In this document: one piece after another, positions 9,700-18,662 of the stretch
Layout of the letters: each line of letters opens with the position of its first letter
How positions within the stretch are numbered: the first letter of the stretch is position 1
NCBI GenBank assembly: GCA_964425305.1
Contig: CAYRMQ010000003.1
Span: 2,162-66,161, forward strand
DNA: 64,000 bases
Direction of reading: 5' to 3'
Source of the DNA: an uncultured Anaerolineaceae bacterium
GTDB lineage: Bacteria > Chloroflexota > Limnocylindria > Limnocylindrales > CSP1-4
Notes under the pieces: model-generated
Database searches by the model: none
Seen by the model: the letters and a program-made list of their open reading frames with translations, nothing else
Told to the model about the DNA's origin: nothing
Made by a program: the position numbers and the translations under genes

Positions 9700-11268
9700 C
9701 TAGCCGCTGCCGGCGGCTACGGGCCGGCCTGTATCAGCGGATTCTCGTGACGCATCCTGTGCGTTTTGCACCAATCTCACCGCCAGCGAGAGGCTGAAGC
9801 GGAGGCCTGGGTCGGCCAGCCGCCAGCCGGTCAGCTGCTCGATGCGTCCGACGCGATAGGTCAGCGTGTTGCGGTGGATGCCGAGCGCGGCGGCAGCCTC
9901 CGCCAGCCCGGGGTGGTCGAGCACGGCGCGCAGCGTGGCAAGCAGGCGCTCGTCGCGCCGGGCACGCCCGCTGAGCAGCGGCGCGAGCAGCGTGCGCGCG
10001 TGGCGCAGCCCCTCGGGCAGTGCCTGGACGCTGCCCATCAACCTGTACGCCGCGGCCAGCTCGGCACGCCCGACGATGACCCCGACGCCGGTGGCAAGCA
10101 GCTCGCGTTCGGCGGCCGGCAAGGCCTCGATGGCCTCGAGCGTGAGGCGCGCCTGCGCCTCCAGCGCCGCGCGCTCGGCCGCTTCGCCGAACGGGCGCGA
10201 GATGGCGACCGGCCGCTCGAGCCGGCGCGCCAGGCGAACCGCCATGGCGTACCCGTCGGGATCGTCGGCACCGGGCGCGATGACCATGCGCAGCTCGAGG
10301 CTCGACGCGTCCCCGCGCAACATCAGCCTGTTCGGCGCCTCGGAGCGCTGCAGCTCCTGGCGCAGCCGCGCGCGCTGCTCGAAGGTCGTCGGCCGCGCCT
10401 CGTCGAGCTGGCGCGCGACGACGAGGACCCACGGGGGGCCCGCCGCCGGCAGGCGCTCGGTCATGCCCGGCTGAGAGGTCACGGCGCCGCCGCGCGTCAG
10501 CTCCAGCGCAAGCAGGCCCGTCGCGCGGCGGCCGGCGAGGGTGTCGAGCTCGCTCGCCGGCGCGCTGCCCAGCAGCACCAATGCCGGCGGCGGCTGGGCG
10601 GCACGCGCCTGCGCGTCGGCACTCAGCGGCAGCGGCAGGCGCAGCACTGCGCCGCGGCGGCGCTGGAGGTACTCGGTCACGAGGTGCGCGTCGGCGGCGG
10701 CGTCGGGCGGGGCGTGGACGGCCAGGATCTCGCCGCCGGCGGCCTCGATCGCCACCGGCCGGCCGAGGAAGCGCCCGATCGTCGCCGCCAGGCCACCCAT
10801 GCCGACCCCGGCCAGCGCGCCGCGCTCGAGCTCACTCTCGAGCTCGGCGACCCGCCGCTCGAGCTCCGCCTGGCCGGTCACGATGTAGCCGATCGCCGAG
10901 CGCTCGAGCGCGACGACGTCGCCCTGCCCGAGCAGGAAGCCGGCCAGCCCGCGGGCGGCAGCGCGCTCCAGCATCTGGCGCGCCTCGGCCGAGCCGGCGG
11001 GTGCCTGGCCGACGAGCAGGACGCCGCAGCCGGCCGCCCCGGCGACGGCCTCGACGATGCTCACCGGCTCGACGCCCAGCGCGCGCAGCTGCTCTAGCGT
11101 CTGCTGCTGGACGATGGCCAGGTCCTCGGCCTCGAGCGCGTCGAACGCCGGCACACGCGCCTTCAAAACGCGCACCCACGCCACCGGTCGGTCGAGCGCC
11201 TGCCCCACACCGGCGAACGGGCGCGCCTGCGGGAAGACCGAGCGCCACAGCTCGCGCAGGCTGGGCAT
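9700..11268 (-). CDS. PucR-family transcriptional regulator
   Basis: C-terminal PucR HTH (…LGIHRNTLTYRVGRIEQLTGW…) with a long N-terminal sensor-like region. Confidence 0.8.
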   Translation of the reverse strand: MPSLRELWRSVFPQARPFAGVGQALDRPVAWVRVLKARVPAFDALEAEDLAIVQQQTLEQLRALGVEPVSIVEAVAGAAGCGVLLVGQAPAGSAEARQMLERAAARGLAGFLLGQGDVVALERSAIGYIVTGQAELERRVAELESELERGALAGVGMGGLAATIGRFLGRPVAIEAAGGEILAVHAPPDAAADAHLVTEYLQRRRGAVLRLPLPLSADAQARAAQPPPALVLLGSAPASELDTLAGRRATGLLALELTRGGAVTSQPGMTERLPAAGPPWVLVVARQLDEARPTTFEQRARLRQELQRSEAPNRLMLRGDASSLELRMVIAPGADDPDGYAMAVRLARRLERPVAISRPFGEAAERAALEAQARLTLEAIEALPAAERELLATGVGVIVGRAELAAAYRLMGSVQALPEGLRHARTLLAPLLSGRARRDERLLATLRAVLDHPGLAEAAAALGIHRNTLTYRVGRIEQLTGWRLADPGLRFSLSLAVRLVQNAQDASRESADTGRPVAAGSG

Positions 11269-11274
11269 CGTCGC

Positions 11275-12750
11275 TCAGGCCGCCGCCGGCCGGCGCTCGG
11301 GGCGCCGGCCAAGGCGCGCCGACAGCTCGTCGAGCAGCTGATCGAACTCGCGTTCGACGTTGACGTAGCGCTCGGCCGTCATGGCCAGCTCGAGCCGCTC
11401 GCCGGCGAGTCGCGCCCACACCCGCCGGCGCGGGAAGTAGAAGGTCAGGACGAGGCCGCTGATCAGGCTCAGGTAGGCCAGCCAGATGAGCCCCTGGCCG
11501 GGGTCACGCTTGATGACCATGCCGGTGTAGGCGCCGGCGCGCTGCCAGCTGATGGAGTAGCCGGCGGTCGCCGCCGGTTCGGTCGTCGCGCCCACCCCCA
11601 GTCCGTGGATGAAGACGATCGCCGCCTGCTCCGGGTCGTCGGTGGCGGCCAGGCCGGTCAGCGCCAGCAGCGGGATGCCCTCGGCGGTGCGGTCCATGAC
11701 GAGCAGCAGTCCGAGGCTGCTGCCCGGGATTGTCAGGAAGCCCTGTGGCAGGCCGCCCAGCTCACCGGCGAGCAGCACCGGGCCCTCCCACACCAGGCGA
11801 CCGGCCGGATCGTGGACGCGCAGCTCGGCGGCCGGCCCGAAGGTGTTCTGGTGGAAGACGAAGCCGTTGACCTCGAGCGGGTCGTTGACACGGATCGTCT
11901 TGCGTGCGATCTGCTCGCCGTTCTGGTAGACGGCGAGGTCGGTCCGGAAGTCGATGAAGGTGCCGTCGGGACGGGTGGGTGCCTCGAAGCTGATGTTCTT
12001 GACGAGCAGGTTGTCGGGCGTGCCGACGGCCTGCACCGGCGCCGTCTGGCCCTCGCCGACGAAGACGACCGTCTCGTAGCCCCAGCCGGCAGTGACGGCG
12101 CCGCCGGCCAGGAACAGGATCAGCCCGAGGTGGGTCAGCAGCGTCGCCATCTTGAAGTACTGGTTCTTGTCGCCGTAGACGTGACTGACCGCTGAGGACT
12201 CGGGCGTCCGGCGCAGGCGGAAGCGGCGACCGCCGAGCACTGCCGCCAGCTCGTCGGCAGCGCCCGCGTCGATGCCGGCGAAGCGTGCGCGCTCGGGCAG
12301 GCCGAGGTCGTAGAAGGCCGGCGCCTGGACCGCCTTGACGTGGTGCACCCCGCGCCACAGTCGCGGTGTGCGGTCGAGCGTGCAGACGACGATACTGACG
12401 ACGAGGAGCAGCAGCAGGAAGACGAACCACGGCGCCGAGAAGACGCGGAAGAAGCCGGCGCGCTCGAAGAGGTCGACCATCTGCGGCCCGACGTTGAGCC
12501 CCAGCAGCGTCACCGAGTCATAGATGCGGTGCATCTCGGCCATCTCGGTGGCGTACGTCTGCGGGTCGTTGAGCGCGACCGCCGGCAGCTGCCGGACGAC
12601 CGTGCCGATCAGGCCGGCGATCGCCAGCAGGCTGATCTGGAGGACGGCGAAGCGGACGCTGGTCAGCGTCCGCCAGGCCAGCCAGCCGAGACGGGCGAGC
12701 GGATTGAGCGGTGCCGCCGCGAGGCGGCGACCAAAGGTCAGAGTGGCTAT
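11275..12750 (-). CDS. resB: cytochrome c biogenesis protein ResB/Ccs1 (CcsB); start codon unresolved
   Basis: The ORF 11275..12543 matches ResB from the conserved …VFSAPWF… region onward. In-frame translation upstream of the ATG at 12543 continues with the ResB N-terminus (…RLGWLAWRTLTSVRFAVLQISLLAIAGLIGTVVRQLP…) with no intervening stop. There is no ATG/GTG/TTG in that stretch; candidates are ATA 12750 or CTG 12741. No ccsA/resC neighbour. Confidence 0.75.
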   Translation of the reverse strand: MATLTFGRRLAAAPLNPLARLGWLAWRTLTSVRFAVLQISLLAIAGLIGTVVRQLPAVALNDPQTYATEMAEMHRIYDSVTLLGLNVGPQMVDLFERAGFFRVFSAPWFVFLLLLLVVSIVVCTLDRTPRLWRGVHHVKAVQAPAFYDLGLPERARFAGIDAGAADELAAVLGGRRFRLRRTPESSAVSHVYGDKNQYFKMATLLTHLGLILFLAGGAVTAGWGYETVVFVGEGQTAPVQAVGTPDNLLVKNISFEAPTRPDGTFIDFRTDLAVYQNGEQIARKTIRVNDPLEVNGFVFHQNTFGPAAELRVHDPAGRLVWEGPVLLAGELGGLPQGFLTIPGSSLGLLLVMDRTAEGIPLLALTGLAATDDPEQAAIVFIHGLGVGATTEPAATAGYSISWQRAGAYTGMVIKRDPGQGLIWLAYLSLISGLVLTFYFPRRRVWARLAGERLELAMTAERYVNVEREFDQLLDELSARLGRRPERRPAAA

Positions 12751-12760
12751 GTCCGGATCC

Positions 12761-14008
12761 CTAGGCGCGCTGTCCGAGCTTCTGCGCCGGCGGCGGCGCC
12801 AGCGCTGCCTGCGCCGCGGTCAGCCCGACGTCGAAGTCGGCGATGAGGTCTTCCGTGTCCTCCAGCCCGACTGAGACGCGCACCAGGCCCGGCCGGATTC
12901 CGGCCTCGGCCAGCTGCTGGTCGTCGAGCTGGCGGTGCGTCGTCGAGGGCGGGTGGACGCAGATCGTGCGGATGCTGCCCAGCGACGCCGTCAGTTCGGG
13001 CACGCTGAGGCCATCGATGAACGCCGCCGCCGCGCGCCGGTCGCCGAGGTCGAAGGCGAGCATGCCGCCGCCGAGGCTCAGCTGGCGCTGGGCGACGGCG
13101 AACTGGGGGTGGCTGGCCAGCCCCGGGTAATAGACCGCGCGCACACCGGCCCCGGCTTCGAGGTGGCGCGCCAGCGCCAGCGCGCTGCGCGCGTGCTGCT
13201 CCATCCGGACGTGCAGCGTGGCCATGCCGCGCAGCACCAGGAAGGCCGGCAGCGGGCCGAGCGTGGCGCCGGTGTCGATCTGCGTGCGCCGGATGGCGGC
13301 GACCCGCTCGCGCTCGCCGACGACGGCGCCGGCCAGCGCATCCGAGTGTCCGCCCAGCCACTTGGTGCACGACTCGACGACGAGGTCGGCGCCGAGCTCG
13401 ATCGGGCGGCAGATGTAGGGCGAGGCGAAGGTGTTGTCGACGACGACGGTCACGCCGCGGCGATGGGCCAGCTCGGCGAGAGCCGCGATGTCGGCGACGA
13501 CGATCGTCGGGTTGGCAATCGTCTCGAGGTAGAGCACGCGCGTGCGCGGCCCGATGGCGCGCGCGACGGCGTCGAGGTCGGTGACGTCGACGAACGTCGT
13601 GCGGATGCCCAGCCGGCGCAGCACGCCGTCGAGCAACGCATGAGTCGAGCCGTAGACCGCGCGCGTGCCAACGACCTCGTCGCCGCTCGCGAGCAGCGTC
13701 ACGAGCGTTGCATGTATGGCGGCCATGCCCGAGGCGAAGGCGTAGCCCGCCTCGGCGCCCTCGAGCTCAGCCAGCGCGCCGGCCAGCGCCGACGCCGTCG
13801 GGTTGTCGAGTCGGCTGTAGCTGTAGCCCGGCTGGCGATCGGAGAGGATGTCACCCAGCTCGTCGGCAGAGCGCGAGTTGAAGGTGACCGCCTGGTAGAT
13901 CGGCACCGCGCCGGGCTCCTGCTCTACTCGCGGCGTGCGCCTGACGGCGCGCAGCGCTCGCGTGCCGAAGCCAAGCCCCGGCCGCCGCTCGTCAGTCATC
14001 GGGCGCAT
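12761..14008 (-). CDS. PLP-dependent Cys/Met-metabolism enzyme (cystathionine gamma-synthase / O-acylhomoserine sulfhydrylase family)
   Basis: PLP-lysine motif …VVESCTKWLGGHSD… and family-wide conservation; start taken at internal ATG (MRPMTDERRP…), alternative ATG at 13999. Confidence 0.85.
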   Translation of the reverse strand: MRPMTDERRPGLGFGTRALRAVRRTPRVEQEPGAVPIYQAVTFNSRSADELGDILSDRQPGYSYSRLDNPTASALAGALAELEGAEAGYAFASGMAAIHATLVTLLASGDEVVGTRAVYGSTHALLDGVLRRLGIRTTFVDVTDLDAVARAIGPRTRVLYLETIANPTIVVADIAALAELAHRRGVTVVVDNTFASPYICRPIELGADLVVESCTKWLGGHSDALAGAVVGERERVAAIRRTQIDTGATLGPLPAFLVLRGMATLHVRMEQHARSALALARHLEAGAGVRAVYYPGLASHPQFAVAQRQLSLGGGMLAFDLGDRRAAAAFIDGLSVPELTASLGSIRTICVHPPSTTHRQLDDQQLAEAGIRPGLVRVSVGLEDTEDLIADFDVGLTAAQAALAPPPAQKLGQRA

Positions 14009-14094
14009 GCTACACCGGGTGCCCGGCAACGGCCGGCGCGGCATTGTGCAGGATGCACGATCTATCCGGGCGGCCCGCAGGCGGCCTCTCTGTG

Positions 14095-15369
14095 TCAGTC
14101 GGGTGGCTGCTCCCACGGCGCCGGCGGCTGCTCATCCGGCCGCGGACCGCGCGCCTGGTCCTCCTGGCGCAGGAAGTGGACGAGCTGGTTCTTGCCGCGG
14201 CGCTTGGCCTCGAACATCGCCAGATCGACGCGGCGCATCAGCTCCGCGCTCGTCCGCCCGTCGTCGGGGAAGCTGACCAGGCCGATCGACACCGACGTCT
14301 GCAGCATGTCGCCGTTCTCGCGCAGGGCCAGCCGCGCGATGTCGTAGCGCAGCTTCTCGCCCACACGCTTGGCGCCCTGGAGGTCGGTGTCGGGCAGCAC
14401 GACGACGAACTCGTCGCCGCCGAAGCGGGCGGCGAAGTCGCTCGCCCGGACGCCGCCACGGATGGCGTCGGCCGCCGCCCGCAGCAGGCGGTCGCCGGCC
14501 TCGTGGCCGTAGCGGTCGTTGGCCGCCTTCAGCCCGTCGATGTCGAGCATGAGCAGGCTGAACGGCCGGCCGGTGCGCTGGGCGCGGACGATCTCACGCT
14601 CGATCGCGGCGTCGAAGTAGCCGCGCGTATGGAGCCCGGTCAGGGCGTCGAAGCGCGACAGGCGCAGCGCCGATTCGCGCGCCCGGCGCTGCTCGCGGCC
14701 GATGACCGCGGCCACGTACGAGACGAGCGCGAGAGCGATCAGGTTGAAGCCGACGACACCCAGCTCCGGCTGGCCGATGGGCGGCACCCCCGGCGCGATC
14801 GCAACTGCCACCAGGTAGGCCGCGCTCGACAGCAGCGCGAGGGAGAACGGGACGATGCCCTCGGCCCACAGCGAAGCACCGGCAAGCAGCAGCAGGTAAC
14901 CGAAGAAGAACGGGCTCTGATAACCGCCGCTGAGCACGATCAGCAGCGACACGAAGACGATCGCGGCGACGGCCTCCACCGGATAGCGCAGGCGGCCCAG
15001 CACCGACAAGGGCAGGATGTCCTGGCCGATGACGATCAGGAACGCGCCCATCGCCAGCACGACGTAGGTCAGCGGCTGCTCGGCGAGCCCCGTGATCGTG
15101 ACGACGAAGAGCGCGGACCCGATGAACGAGTAGCTGACGACCCGCACGACGCGCTCGTAGAACCACGGCGACAGCACCGTGCCCTCGTACAGCTCGGACA
15201 GGCGCAGCGGGCCGTTGGCGCCGGTCGGCGGCTGGCCGGTGCCGGCGCCGTTGGGCAGCAGCAGGCCGTTGCGCCGTGCCGCCAGGCGCGGTAGGGCCAG
15301 CGCCGCGAACAGCAGCAGGTTGGCCCCCACGACTAGCGCCAGGAGAACTGCAAGGTGATCGATACGCAC
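14095..15369 (-). CDS. membrane-bound GGDEF-domain diguanylate cyclase
   Basis: About 6 TM helices followed by a canonical GGDEF domain (…RFGGDEFVVVL…, …SVSIGLVSF…). GTG start at 15369 chosen just before TM1; the ORF-track start 15492 would overlap the divergent Lrp gene. Confidence 0.8.
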   Translation of the reverse strand: MRIDHLAVLLALVVGANLLLFAALALPRLAARRNGLLLPNGAGTGQPPTGANGPLRLSELYEGTVLSPWFYERVVRVVSYSFIGSALFVVTITGLAEQPLTYVVLAMGAFLIVIGQDILPLSVLGRLRYPVEAVAAIVFVSLLIVLSGGYQSPFFFGYLLLLAGASLWAEGIVPFSLALLSSAAYLVAVAIAPGVPPIGQPELGVVGFNLIALALVSYVAAVIGREQRRARESALRLSRFDALTGLHTRGYFDAAIEREIVRAQRTGRPFSLLMLDIDGLKAANDRYGHEAGDRLLRAAADAIRGGVRASDFAARFGGDEFVVVLPDTDLQGAKRVGEKLRYDIARLALRENGDMLQTSVSIGLVSFPDDGRTSAELMRRVDLAMFEAKRRGKNQLVHFLRQEDQARGPRPDEQPPAPWEQPPD

Positions 15370-15472
15370 TTTCGGTGGAAGGGGCCGCCCGAAATGGGCG
15401 GCGGATGAGTGACATAGACCCCACCAGTGAACCGATGGTACTAGCCCGATCCGGGATCGGTACCACCTCCAG

Positions 15473-16012
15473 ATGGTTAGTGTCGACCGCATGCAACGGC
15501 CCCCCAGACGCCAGGCCGCCCGCGCCGACGAGCGCCTTTCCGAGCTCGACCGGCAGATAGTCCTGCGCCTGCAGGCCGACGGACGGCGGCCCTACACGCA
15601 GATCGCCACCGAGCTCGGCCTGAGCGAGGCCGCCGTGCGTGCACGCGCAAACAGGCTGATGAGCGAGGGAGTCCTCCAGATCGTGGCCATCCCCGACCCG
15701 CAACGGATGGGCTACGGTCTGATGGCCGTCATCGGCATCAACTGCGACGCCGCCCGCCTGCTCGACGTGGCAGAGGCTGTCTCAGCTCTGCCGGAGGCCG
15801 TCAGAGTTGTGGTGACTGCGGGCACCTTCGACCTGCTCGTCGAGGCCGCCTGCGAGGATCACGACGCGCTGCTCGAGCTGATGACGCGGCGGCTGGGCTC
15901 GATCGAGGGCGTTCAGGGCATGCACACCTTCGTCTACCTGCGCGTCGTCAAGCAGGCCCACCAGTGGGCCGCGCCGGGCGACCTCAGGCGCGCGGGCGGG
16001 CGGCGCGGATGA
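15473..16012 (+). CDS. Lrp/AsnC-family transcriptional regulator
   Basis: HTH (…RPYTQIATELGLSEAAVRARANRL…) plus a RAM/ACT-like C-terminal domain; alternative in-frame ATG at 15491. Divergent from the GGDEF gene. Confidence 0.8.
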   Translation: MVSVDRMQRPPRRQAARADERLSELDRQIVLRLQADGRRPYTQIATELGLSEAAVRARANRLMSEGVLQIVAIPDPQRMGYGLMAVIGINCDAARLLDVAEAVSALPEAVRVVVTAGTFDLLVEAACEDHDALLELMTRRLGSIEGVQGMHTFVYLRVVKQAHQWAAPGDLRRAGGRRG

Positions 16013-16799
16013 TGACGCTGTGCATGCCCGGCACGACCTCGTGCGTCGGCGTCAGGAGCACGCCGGTCAGGCCGGCGGCGGTAAGGCCCGCCTCGTACTC
16101 GGCGAACGAGAGCGCGCCGGCGATGCAGCCGGCGTAGGAGCCGCGGCGGGTACGTTCGGCGGCGCTGAGCGCATCGTCGGCGACGATGTCGGTGATGCCG
16201 ATCCGGCCGCCGGGACGGAGCACGCGCGCGATCTCGCCGAAGACGGCCTGCTTGTCGGCGGCCCGGTGGATGACGCAGTTGCTGATGACGACGTCGACCG
16301 ACTCCGCCGGCAGCGGGATCGATTCGATCTGCCCCTTGACGAAGTCGACGTTGGTGAGCCCGGCCTCGACGGCATTCGCGCGCGCGAGGGCGAGCATCTC
16401 GTCGGTCATGTCGAGGCCGATGGCGCGACCGCTGGGCCCGACGCGCCGCGCCGACAGCAATACGTCGATGCCGCCGCCCGAGCCGAGGTCGAGTACGACT
16501 TCGCCGGCATTCAGCTCGGCGACGGCGGTCGGGTTGCCGCAGCCGAGGGAGGCCATCACGGCGGCATCGGGCAGCTCGGCGCGCTGGACGGCATCGTACA
16601 GCCCGGCGCCGATGGCGGCCGAGCCGCAGCAGCTCGTGCTCTCGCTCGCAGGGAGCTGTGCGCCGGCATTGGTGGCGGGCGCGCAGCAGGCGGTCGCCTC
16701 GGTGGTGCAGCAAGCTGCGCTGTCGGTGCTGCCATCGAGGACGCGCAAGGCGGCGTCGGCGTAGTGACGCCGAACGGTTTCGTGGACGGACGAGGCCAT
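15984..16799 (-). CDS. arsM: arsenite S-adenosylmethionine methyltransferase (ArsM/Cyt19-like)
   Basis: SAM-MTase core (…VLDLGSGGGIDV…) preceded by a Cys-rich segment (…SAACCTTEATACCAP…) typical of ArsM. Start at ATG 16799 with AAAGGAAG Shine-Dalgarno; the ORF-track N-terminal extension is rejected. Confidence 0.8.
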   Translation of the reverse strand: MASSVHETVRRHYADAALRVLDGSTDSAACCTTEATACCAPATNAGAQLPASESTSCCGSAAIGAGLYDAVQRAELPDAAVMASLGCGNPTAVAELNAGEVVLDLGSGGGIDVLLSARRVGPSGRAIGLDMTDEMLALARANAVEAGLTNVDFVKGQIESIPLPAESVDVVISNCVIHRAADKQAVFGEIARVLRPGGRIGITDIVADDALSAAERTRRGSYAGCIAGALSFAEYEAGLTAAGLTGVLLTPTHEVVPGMHSVIIRAARPRA

Positions 16800-16843
16800 A
16801 GTGCTTCCTTTCATTCCGAGCCAGATCCACTGTATTGGCGGTG

Positions 16844-16861
16844 TATTGACCATTGTCAATA
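16844..16861. promoter_or_regulatory. candidate ArsR operator: perfect inverted repeat TATTGAC-catt-GTCAATA in the arsM/arsR divergent intergenic region
   Basis: Seen directly; it lies in the only AT-rich stretch between the arsM start (16799) and the arsR start (16871/16889). ArsR/SmtB repressors bind dyad-symmetric operators overlapping their promoters. Confidence 0.4.
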
Positions 16862-16870
16862 TAGACGGCG

Positions 16871-17221
16871 GTGAATATACTCGGTTCCATGACTCGCGGC
16901 AAGGACCCCGACGCACGCCTGCTGCAGGCCGCCGCCGACCCTATCCGGCTGCGCATCCTGCGCCAGCTGGCCGACCTCGGGTCAGTCTGCGCCTGCGACA
17001 TCGCCGCCGGACAGGCCGTCACCCAGCCGACGGTCTCGCACCACCTGCGCGTGCTGCGCGAGGCGGGCTGGATCAGCGGCGAGCGTCGTGGAACGTGGAT
17101 CTGGTACTCGCTGCGGCCGGAGGCCGCCGAGCGGCTGCGCGACATCGCCGATGCGCTGAGCCCGGCCGGTGGCCCCCAGCCGCGGCTGCCGCGGCTGCGC
17201 GTCGTCCAGCCGAGCGCCTAG
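16871..17221 (+). CDS. arsR: ArsR/SmtB-family metalloregulatory repressor
   Basis: wHTH with the metal-site-like ELCVCDL variant …SVCACDIAAG… and …TVSHHLRVLREAGWI…; alternative start ATG 16889. Confidence 0.8.
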   Translation: MNILGSMTRGKDPDARLLQAAADPIRLRILRQLADLGSVCACDIAAGQAVTQPTVSHHLRVLREAGWISGERRGTWIWYSLRPEAAERLRDIADALSPAGGPQPRLPRLRVVQPSA

Positions 17222-17225
17222 CGGA

Positions 17226-18524
17226 TTACTTCGCCGGGAAGATCGACGGGAAGCGGTCCTCGTGCCCGCCGGCCAGCTCGGCCGCAGCGGCCGCGTCGAG
17301 CGCCTCGAGCAGCTGCCGGGTGCCGCCCATGCCGAACTTGTACTGCTCGTAGTAGGCGCGCATGCCGTTCCAGAAGGCAGTCGCGCCGACGCGCTTGCGG
17401 TAGTCGTCCAGGTAGTTGCCGCCCTGCACGTAGATGACCTCGAAGTAGCACTTCGCGCCGTAGTCGTAGAGGCTGCCGTCGAGGCGGTCCTGCGCGCACT
17501 TGGATCCGCGCCTGGCCGACAGCAGGTTGCGCGCCAGGAAGTCGGCCGGCGCCTCGTCGGCGTATGGCTCCGCCGCCTGGTCGCTGCCGATGATCGCGTA
17601 GAACCACATGTGTGCCGTCTCATGGGCGACCAGGTAGGGAATGTTGCCCTTCTTCGTCGAGCCCGGGATCCAGATCAGACCGGGGGATTCCATGCCCGTC
17701 CCGCCCTCGGTCTGTGAGATCGAGAAGTGCGGGTACGGGTACGGGCCAACCTTGTTGCTGAAGCGCTTGAGCGAGCGCTTGGCCCACTTCATCGTCCGAG
17801 TCACCGGCAGCGTCGTGTAGTAGAGGCGAATCCTGATGCCGTTCTGCGTGCCCTTGGCGATCTTGTAGCGCGGGCTGGCGGAGAAGTTGAAGTCGCGGAC
17901 GTCGCGCGCCAGGAACGTCTGGGTCAGTCCGTCGACGCCGGTCCGCTTGCCGGTCGTCGCATAGGTCAGCTTTCTGTCGCTGGTGACGGCGACGCGCACC
18001 TCGGAGCTAACGCCGGTGACGAAGGGATCGCCGAAGTTCGGTCGCTTGAACTTCACGCCTCGACTCAGCCAGGGGATCCAGCGGTAGGCGGTGACCACCT
18101 TGTTGAGCTTGGCGAACATCCAGTTCTTGTCCTTGCTGTTGGTGCGGAATGTCGCCGCGTAGGCGATCGTCACGGCCGCCTCGCTTTCCGGCTCGAGCGG
18201 GACGGGCAGCGCCAGGATCAGCGTCTGCCCCGACTTCGCGGTCTCGGCCGGCACGTCGTCGACGAGCACCTGCTCCAGCACGAAGCTGCCGATCTTGACG
18301 GGCAGCGCGTTGAAGATGAGCGCGTCGACCGCCTCGGCGGTGCCGTTGCGCACGAAGGCGGTGCTGCGCACGCGGAGCGTGCCCGGCTTGAAGCCGAGCT
18401 CGGCGGTCACGTCATAGCGTGCCGACAGGCCGATGCTGCTCGCCGCCGCCGCGGGCCGTGGAAAGGCGCCGCCGGTCAGCACGACAGCCGCGGCGAGGAG
18501 GGGAGCGACGAGGCGCAGCCTCAT
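17226..18524 (-). CDS. secreted zinc metallopeptidase (M1-like; HExxH …LVAHETAHMWFY…)
   Basis: Signal-peptide-like N-terminus MRLRLVAPLLAAAVVLTGGAFPRPAAAA, HEXXH plus a downstream Glu region. Lys/Asn/Tyr-rich with visibly lower GC than neighbours. Confidence 0.75.
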   Translation of the reverse strand: MRLRLVAPLLAAAVVLTGGAFPRPAAAASSIGLSARYDVTAELGFKPGTLRVRSTAFVRNGTAEAVDALIFNALPVKIGSFVLEQVLVDDVPAETAKSGQTLILALPVPLEPESEAAVTIAYAATFRTNSKDKNWMFAKLNKVVTAYRWIPWLSRGVKFKRPNFGDPFVTGVSSEVRVAVTSDRKLTYATTGKRTGVDGLTQTFLARDVRDFNFSASPRYKIAKGTQNGIRIRLYYTTLPVTRTMKWAKRSLKRFSNKVGPYPYPHFSISQTEGGTGMESPGLIWIPGSTKKGNIPYLVAHETAHMWFYAIIGSDQAAEPYADEAPADFLARNLLSARRGSKCAQDRLDGSLYDYGAKCYFEVIYVQGGNYLDDYRKRVGATAFWNGMRAYYEQYKFGMGGTRQLLEALDAAAAAELAGGHEDRFPSIFPAK

Positions 18525-18662
18525 GGGCACGCGGTCGAGTTCGGCGAGCAGTGGGCGACCCTCTAGCCTGTGTCTGCCGGGAACCCCCTGAGCAAAGCGC
18601 ATCGAGCAGGCCGCTGCCAAGGCGCGGTCGAGTACCGCGGGCAGGCGTACCTTCTTCCCACG

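Noticed and set aside
12747-13370. ORF 12747..13370 (207 aa) antisense to, or out of frame with, the metB-like gene and reaching into the resB upstream region
   Set aside because: Arg-rich artefact; the resB N-terminal extension is in a different frame, supported by homology
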